Positions 58,223-64,000 of a stretch of DNA of 64,000 bases are shown piece after piece (positions within the stretch are counted from its first letter, which is position 1; every line of letters starts with the position of its first letter). Made by a program: the position numbers and the translations under genes. Source of the DNA: Parcubacteria group bacterium. Lineage in GTDB: Bacteria; Patescibacteriota; Minisyncoccia; Moranbacterales; UBA9337. The notes beneath the pieces were generated by a model. It worked only from the letters and a program-made list of their open reading frames with translations. It had not been told where the DNA came from and made no database searches. The DNA lies in NCBI GenBank assembly GCA_041662245.1, contig JBAZSW010000006.1, forward strand, positions 10,442-74,441, in the 5' to 3' direction.

Positions 58223-59806
58223 TTATTTTTCAATATCCCCCACAATCTCATCTATCGCCACCCTCAAATCACTCTGCCTTGCCACAATCCGATCAATCTC
58301 CTTATTAAGAACTTTAATATCAACCACCTCTCGCGTATCTTCCGCCACCACATAGCTTGATACCGCGATATTATAATCATTTTCAGCAATAGTGGTGTTG
58401 TCGACCAGCTTGGCAAAATAATCTGCATCTTTACGCTTGATAAAAGCATTCAGAATCTTTTTGCGATTATTTTCACTCAGTTTATTTTTATTCCCGCCTC
58501 GCACAAATTCTTTCGACGCGTCGATAAACAAAGTCTTATTTTCTTTCTTGCTCTTTTTAAGGACAATGATGCAAGTGGCAATTGTTGTGCCAAAGAAAAG
58601 ATCCGGCGGAAGCTGGATAACCGCATCTACATAATTATTATCAACCAAATATTTTCGAATCTTACCCTCTGCTCCACCACGATAGAGTACTCCTGGGAAT
58701 TCAACAATCGCTGCCGTCCCACTGGTAGAAAGCCAAGCGAGCATATGCATCGTAAAAGCCAAATCAGCTTTACTCTTTGGCGCGAGCACTCCCGCTGGAG
58801 AAAAACGTAGATCATTAATTATCAAAGGATTAGCATCGCCATCCCACTTGATAGAATAAGGCGGATTGGAAACGATAGCGTCAAAGGGTTCATCGTCCCA
58901 ATGTTTCGGATCAGTGAGAGTGTCACCATGGGCAACATCAAAATTATTATAATTGATATCGTGCAAAAACATATTGATTCGGCAAAGATTATAAGTAGTC
59001 AGATTTATTTCTTGACCATAAAAACCCTGTCTAACATTTTCCTTGCCCAACACTTTGGCAAATTTTAAGAGAAGTGAACCAGATCCACAACAAGGATCAT
59101 AAACTTTATTGACTTCTTTTTTGCCCACAGTGGTAATTTCTGCTAGCAGTTCGCTCACTTCCTGCGGAGTATAAAACTCTCCTCCGGATTTTCCGGCGTT
59201 TGATGCATACATGGCCATCAAATATTCATAAGCATCGCCAAAAGCATCAATTGTATTATCAGCATACTCACCCAAACGAAGATCGCCAATTGCTTCTAAT
59301 AGTTTTGCAATTCTTTGATTTCTTTTTTCTACCGTTGGTCCAAGCTTATTAGAATTCACATCAATGTCATCAAACAATCCCCTTAGGTCATCCTCACTTT
59401 CAAATCCTTTGGCAGAATTTTCAATATTATCAAAAATCTTAGCCAGTGTTTCATTGAGGTTTTCGTCATTACGAGCATTTTTGCAAACATTCACAAAAAG
59501 CTCACTCGGCAAAATGTAAAAGCCTTTATTGATTATGGTTTCACTACGACCAAATTCCGCTTCTTTATCACTCAATTTTGTATAATCAAATTCTTCCTGC
59601 CCAGAAATTCGTCGTTCGTCTTCATTAATAAAACTAGTCAGATTTTCACTAATAAAACGATAAAAAAGTATTCCAAGGACATACTGCTTGAAATCCCAAC
59701 CATCCACACTTCCCCTAAGGTCATTGGCAATCTGCCAAATGGCGCGATGAAGCTCTGAACGCTCTTGCTCCTTGGTCATATTTAAATTTGTATCTTTTTT
59801 ACTCAT
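58223..59806 (-). CDS. hsdM: Type I restriction-modification DNA methyltransferase subunit
   Basis: N6-adenine MTase motif IV 'NPPYS'; SAM-binding 'DPCCGSGS'. Confidence 0.9.
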   Translation of the reverse strand: MSKKDTNLNMTKEQERSELHRAIWQIANDLRGSVDGWDFKQYVLGILFYRFISENLTSFINEDERRISGQEEFDYTKLSDKEAEFGRSETIINKGFYILPSELFVNVCKNARNDENLNETLAKIFDNIENSAKGFESEDDLRGLFDDIDVNSNKLGPTVEKRNQRIAKLLEAIGDLRLGEYADNTIDAFGDAYEYLMAMYASNAGKSGGEFYTPQEVSELLAEITTVGKKEVNKVYDPCCGSGSLLLKFAKVLGKENVRQGFYGQEINLTTYNLCRINMFLHDINYNNFDVAHGDTLTDPKHWDDEPFDAIVSNPPYSIKWDGDANPLIINDLRFSPAGVLAPKSKADLAFTMHMLAWLSTSGTAAIVEFPGVLYRGGAEGKIRKYLVDNNYVDAVIQLPPDLFFGTTIATCIIVLKKSKKENKTLFIDASKEFVRGGNKNKLSENNRKKILNAFIKRKDADYFAKLVDNTTIAENDYNIAVSSYVVAEDTREVVDIKVLNKEIDRIVARQSDLRVAIDEIVGDIEK

Positions 59807-59988
59807 TTATTTTTTTCTAATTTGAAGTTATCTAACAAAACGCATATGTCTTTATTCTACGCCAAAAAATAAGGCTTGGCAAAAACCTATCCTCTAAACA
59901 AAAAAGATAAGGGTTTATATTTGAGATTTCTCCACTCCTATATTTTTGAGTACAAAAATATATCCAGTCGAAATAACACGCGGAAGGA

Positions 59989-60684
59989 CTACATCATATT
60001 CTTCTCTTTTAAGCTGAAGAAGCTGGTTTGGGTGATTATTATGTGGTCGATTAACTCGATGCCCATTATTTTTCCAGCCTCTTTGAGTCGATTGGTGGTG
60101 GTTAAATCATTATCCGAGGGCTCTGCTCCACCAGAGGGATGATTATGAGCGATGATTATCGAAGCCGCCAGATAATCAATAGCTGATTTAAAAACTTCTC
60201 TCGGATGCACTAAATTAGCATTAAGAGTCCCGACAGAAATGATTTCTTTGTGAATTAGTTGATTGCGCGCATTTAAATATAAAACCACCAAATGTTCTTT
60301 TTTGGCGGTGCGGAGTTCTTGAAGTTGTGCCATCGCCTCTCTGGCGGAGCTTATGACAGGTAGATTATTATCCTCTACTGCTAAAGCACGTTTAGTCAGT
60401 TCAAAGGCCGCCAATAATAAACAAGCTTTGACCGTCCCTATTCCTTTAATCTTAGATAAATTTTTTAAATCCAAAGTTAATAATTTTTTAGTGGGAAACT
60501 TTTTTAAAATCTCTCTGGAAACTTCTAAAACATTTTTACCCGCCACTCCAGTGCGAAGTAAAATCGCCATCAATTCATAATCTTTTAAATTCCCCACCCC
60601 CTTTTCCAGCATCTTTTCTCTGGGCATTTCATGCTTGGCTAGGTTTTTTATTTTTGGCATATTTTTTAATCTTATTTTTTTCAA
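59989..60684 (-). CDS. radC: RadC-like JAB/MPN domain protein
   Basis: JAMM motif 'HNHPSG...SDNDL'. N-terminal HhH region. Confidence 0.8.
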   Translation of the reverse strand: MKKIRLKNMPKIKNLAKHEMPREKMLEKGVGNLKDYELMAILLRTGVAGKNVLEVSREILKKFPTKKLLTLDLKNLSKIKGIGTVKACLLLAAFELTKRALAVEDNNLPVISSAREAMAQLQELRTAKKEHLVVLYLNARNQLIHKEIISVGTLNANLVHPREVFKSAIDYLAASIIIAHNHPSGGAEPSDNDLTTTNRLKEAGKIMGIELIDHIIITQTSFFSLKEKNMM

Positions 60685-60934
60685 TCACTAATTATCAATT
60701 TATTTCCTGATTTTTTATTACGTAATCAATTACGTACCTAATTAAACCTTGAAGTTATACTAAATCCCATTAGCCTCTGCACAATTTAATTTTACAATAG
60801 ATCTCTCGACTCCGCATTCACTTCACTCGAGATGACAATTGTGAGTAACAATTGTTTGGAAATGGTATTATCTGACAGAAAGTAGATACCTCTATTTTAC
60901 TCCTATTTTTAGTTCTTTACCAATTAAAAAATAT

Positions 60935-60968
60935 CCACCTCAGGCGGATATTTTTTTATTGAAAGACG
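60935..60968 (-). terminator. rho-independent terminator after ftsZ
   Basis: atatccacc-tca-ggcggatat hairpin with flanking T-run. Confidence 0.45.
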
Positions 60969-60979
60969 TTAAGTTATCT

Positions 60980-62215
60980 TTATTTTCCCATTTTCCTTCG
61001 GATAAAAGCTGGAATTTCTAACTCGTCATCGCTATCGTCATTCATATCTCTAGTTACGGTAATATTATTTCTCTTGGGTTGTAATTTTTCTTCAATTATC
61101 ATTCGACTCTCGACTTTTCTTGTCGGAAAGGCAACTCTTTCTGGCATAACATTTTCGATTTCATCCAAATCCTTATCCATCACCATTATTTCTTCTTTTT
61201 CTGAAGTATTATTTTTTCTTACTCTCGCTATCATATCGGCAGGAGAGTCTCCATAATCATCCGTATCAAATCCTGTTGCCACTACAGTGATATGCAAATC
61301 TCCTTTTCGCACTTGATCATCTGTCACGGCACCAAAGATAACTTTAGCGTTAGGATCCACATTTTCAGTAATGATATTAGCGGCTTCATTAATTTCAAGC
61401 ATAGTTAAATCGCTAGAACCAGAAACATTAAACAATACTCCTTTAGCGCCATCAATTGATAACTCCAATAAAGGACTGCTAATAGCGGCCTTGGCAGCTT
61501 CCGCAGCTCTATTTTCTCCACTAGAAATTCCAATTCCCATCAAAGCGCTTCCACTATCGGCCATAATGGCTCGCACATCTGCAAAATCCACATTAACAAT
61601 TCCTGGTTTAGTAATTAAATCAGAAATTCCTTGCACTCCTTGTCTAAGCACATCATCTACAATCTTAAATGAATTTATCAAAGTAACTTTTTTATCAATA
61701 ATAGAAAGCAATCTATCATTATGAATAGTAATAAAAGTATCTACTCTCTTTTTTAAATTTTCTAAAGCTTCATTGGCAATTGCTTGGCGTTGTGCTCCTT
61801 CAAAAGCAAACGGTTTAGTTACTACCGCTACTGTTAGGGCTCCCAATTCTTTGGCAGTTTCAGCGACTACGGGACCTGCGCCCGAGCCAGTTCCTCCTCC
61901 TAAACCGCAAGTAACGAAAACCATATCAGTACCTTTCAACACCTCTTGAATTTCATCTCTGTTTTCTTCAGCTGCCTGTCTTCCAATTTCTGGATTCATT
62001 CCTGCGCCCAAACCTTTGGTTAAATTTTTACCAATATGAACTTTTTCCGCCGCTCTTGAATGATGGAGAGCTTGTGAGTCAGTATTAACTGCCACAAATT
62101 CAACCCCTTTGATATTAGAATCAATCATTCTGCTTACTGCGCTGTTTCCACTTCCTCCCACTCCAACAACTTTTATTTTTGCGAAAGTTTCTATATCGGG
62201 TTTAACCTCGGCCAT
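60980..62215 (-). CDS. ftsZ: cell division protein FtsZ
   Basis: Tubulin signature '[10 protein letters not shown]'. 411 aa. Confidence 0.95.
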   Translation of the reverse strand: MAEVKPDIETFAKIKVVGVGGSGNSAVSRMIDSNIKGVEFVAVNTDSQALHHSRAAEKVHIGKNLTKGLGAGMNPEIGRQAAEENRDEIQEVLKGTDMVFVTCGLGGGTGSGAGPVVAETAKELGALTVAVVTKPFAFEGAQRQAIANEALENLKKRVDTFITIHNDRLLSIIDKKVTLINSFKIVDDVLRQGVQGISDLITKPGIVNVDFADVRAIMADSGSALMGIGISSGENRAAEAAKAAISSPLLELSIDGAKGVLFNVSGSSDLTMLEINEAANIITENVDPNAKVIFGAVTDDQVRKGDLHITVVATGFDTDDYGDSPADMIARVRKNNTSEKEEIMVMDKDLDEIENVMPERVAFPTRKVESRMIIEEKLQPKRNNITVTRDMNDDSDDELEIPAFIRRKMGK

Positions 62216-62345
62216 ATATTTTTTAAATAATTACTGACGAATCCAATTCTTTTAGTAAATTAGCTCCTCAATAAAAAATAATTTTTAATTCATTCTTCTT
62301 AGTATATAAATCTATCACAGTTACACAACCTATGTCAAGTAAGCT

Positions 62346-63602
62346 CTAAGGAAGGAAATTATCCGTCCACTTCTTTATTCTACCACCAATTTTTTTCATA
62401 TTAATTTTATCCGTAGAAAAGAAATTCATATATTTATTATGATTTTTATTCTTGCAAGCATTTTGATAGGAACTTGCCAAAAGTCCAATCACTGTAGAAA
62501 ACGACGGTGAATCAATTTTATCTAAAACTCCCGTAACTTCAGTAGGATAACCAGTCTTAGCCGGAAGTCCCAAAATATCTTTAGCAAAAGAAACTACTCC
62601 CGGTAATTCCGATCCGCCACCTATCAAAACTACTCCTGCTGGCAACAATCCCGCTTTGCCGATTTTCTTCAATTCATTATTTATCATTTCAAAAATTTCT
62701 CGAAGTCTGGCTTCAATAATTTCTGCCACATGATATCTCAAAACAACTCCTTCTTCTTTTATGTCAATTTCTGATAATTCTATAATATCTCTTTTATTTA
62801 TTTCTTTAGGAAAAGCACTTCCATATTCTAATTTTATTTTTTCAGCCACTTCTATAGAGGTTCGCAACCCAATAGCCAAATCATTAGTAATATGTCCTGC
62901 ACCTACTGGCAAAACTGTTAAGTAACTAAGCTCGCCCTCCTCATAAATTGTTATTGAAGTTGTCCCACCTCCAATATCCACGATAGCTACTCCCAATTCC
63001 TTTTGGCTTTTATCCAACACTACCGCTGAAGCCGCCACCGAATTTACTGCCAATTCATCAATGTTTACATAATGTCCAACACTTTTGGTTAAATTTCCCA
63101 AATGAGTTGAGGCATCTTCAATCATTAAAACATCCGCCTCTAATCTAATTCCTTTTAGCCCCAAGGGATTTCTTATTTCGCTTTGATCATCTAATTTATA
63201 ACTCTTAGCGATAGAATGGATTATCTCGCTATTTATCGGCATTGAAGCGTTTTTAGCTGCTTCTAAAACTCTTTGAATATCTTCTTCCTCCACTGTTCCA
63301 TTGGCTCTGCCTATGGCGATAACCCCTTTCGTTTTTTGTAACTTTATATCTGTTCCGCCTATTCCCAAAACGATATCATGCACCCGACAATCAATAATAG
63401 TTTCCAATTTATTAATTACTTCACTAATTGATTTGGAAGCGTCTTCAACATCAATCACAGCTCCTCTCCTTATTCCTCTTGATTTAGAAATAGCCACACC
63501 CAAAATCTGTATTTCTTCTTCGTTGTTGATTTGAGCAGCTGCAGCTCTGATATTATTAGAGCCTACATCTAAACTAATTATAATATTGTCCTTATTTGAC
63601 AT
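62346..63602 (-). CDS. ftsA: cell division protein FtsA
   Basis: Actin-like ATPase fold. Immediately upstream of ftsZ. Confidence 0.9.
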   Translation of the reverse strand: MSNKDNIIISLDVGSNNIRAAAAQINNEEEIQILGVAISKSRGIRRGAVIDVEDASKSISEVINKLETIIDCRVHDIVLGIGGTDIKLQKTKGVIAIGRANGTVEEEDIQRVLEAAKNASMPINSEIIHSIAKSYKLDDQSEIRNPLGLKGIRLEADVLMIEDASTHLGNLTKSVGHYVNIDELAVNSVAASAVVLDKSQKELGVAIVDIGGGTTSITIYEEGELSYLTVLPVGAGHITNDLAIGLRTSIEVAEKIKLEYGSAFPKEINKRDIIELSEIDIKEEGVVLRYHVAEIIEARLREIFEMINNELKKIGKAGLLPAGVVLIGGGSELPGVVSFAKDILGLPAKTGYPTEVTGVLDKIDSPSFSTVIGLLASSYQNACKNKNHNKYMNFFSTDKINMKKIGGRIKKWTDNFLP

Positions 63603-63607
63603 AAAAA

Positions 63608-63991
63608 TTAGAAATAGAAATTTAGTAAATTAAATATATGAGGCAAAAATATTATTAATCCTAGCAAAATAGACATCACCGAAGAAATTAAAACTACTCC
63701 TGCCATAATATCTTTTATCAAGCGAGCAAAAGGATGCACCCTAGGCTCGAGAATATCTACCACTCTTTCTACAACAGTGTTAATAAGCTCTGTGACTAAT
63801 ACCCAAGTAATTAAAAAGATGACCACCACAAATTCCCAAATTTTTATATCAAAAATAATTGAACAAAAAACAACAAATATCGCAATCATTAATTCTATTC
63901 TGAAATTTCTTTCATTTTTTATGACATACCTCAGCCCTCTGATGGCACATCGCAAACTACTCTTAAACTTGTTGCTTCTCTTATGCTTCAT
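63608..63991 (-). CDS. dgkA: diacylglycerol/undecaprenol kinase (DgkA family)
   Basis: About 125 aa, three TM helices, 'ELINTVVERVVD' resembles the DgkA conserved core. Confidence 0.65.
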   Translation of the reverse strand: MKHKRSNKFKSSLRCAIRGLRYVIKNERNFRIELMIAIFVVFCSIIFDIKIWEFVVVIFLITWVLVTELINTVVERVVDILEPRVHPFARLIKDIMAGVVLISSVMSILLGLIIFLPHIFNLLNFYF

Positions 63992-64000
63992 ACTAATATT

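Overview
This 64-kb window is low-GC (~30%) and gene-dense, with almost every gene on the minus strand. The gene content points to a small-genome bacterium, possibly Patescibacteria/CPR-like, but that is inference from content only.

Core genes I can support: ftsA-ftsZ, dgkA, radC, eno, gpmI, rpsB-tsf, rpmE, ileS, tyrS, recO, tgt, trxA, a P-type ATPase, and an ABC exporter. There is a cell-envelope glycosylation cluster (GT4 glycosyltransferase plus a polyprenyl glycosyl-phosphotransferase).

RNA genes: an RNase P RNA on the minus strand in a 930-bp ORF-free gap (the six-frame track only shows spurious ORFs there). A minus-strand tRNA cluster: Thr(TGT), Tyr, Thr(GGT), then rpmG (missed by the ORF track), then Trp. 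A truncated duplicate of the 5' half of tRNA-Thr(TGT) lies just upstream of the intact copy.

The most interesting locus is a complete Type I restriction-modification operon (hsdM...hsdS...hsdR) with three extra genes wedged between hsdM and hsdS. One is a DUF1863-type TIR-like protein. It overlaps by 4 bp a protein with two N-terminal TM helices and a Macro-like domain. The third is a 334-aa protein of unknown family. This matches the architecture of a type II Thoeris-like TIR/TM-Macro signalling defense module carried inside an RM island. A BRO-N/DinD-like gene also sits between hsdS and hsdR.

Other notable signals:
- a T-box-like leader ('AAGGUGGUACCACG' plus terminator) upstream of a TrpR/YerC-like ORF and ileS;
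- a perfect 38-bp direct repeat bracketing that ORF;
- two copies of a GC-rich palindromic element inserted in-frame within ileS (encoding SPPQGG-type peptides);
- a GC-richer accessory patch (14.1-16.1 kb) with a lone SD-driven ORF bracketed by two copies of a hairpin-plus-'TTTTGTCATTTGCACGG' module;
- a Fic toxin-like gene next to tRNA-Trp where secE-nusG would normally be.
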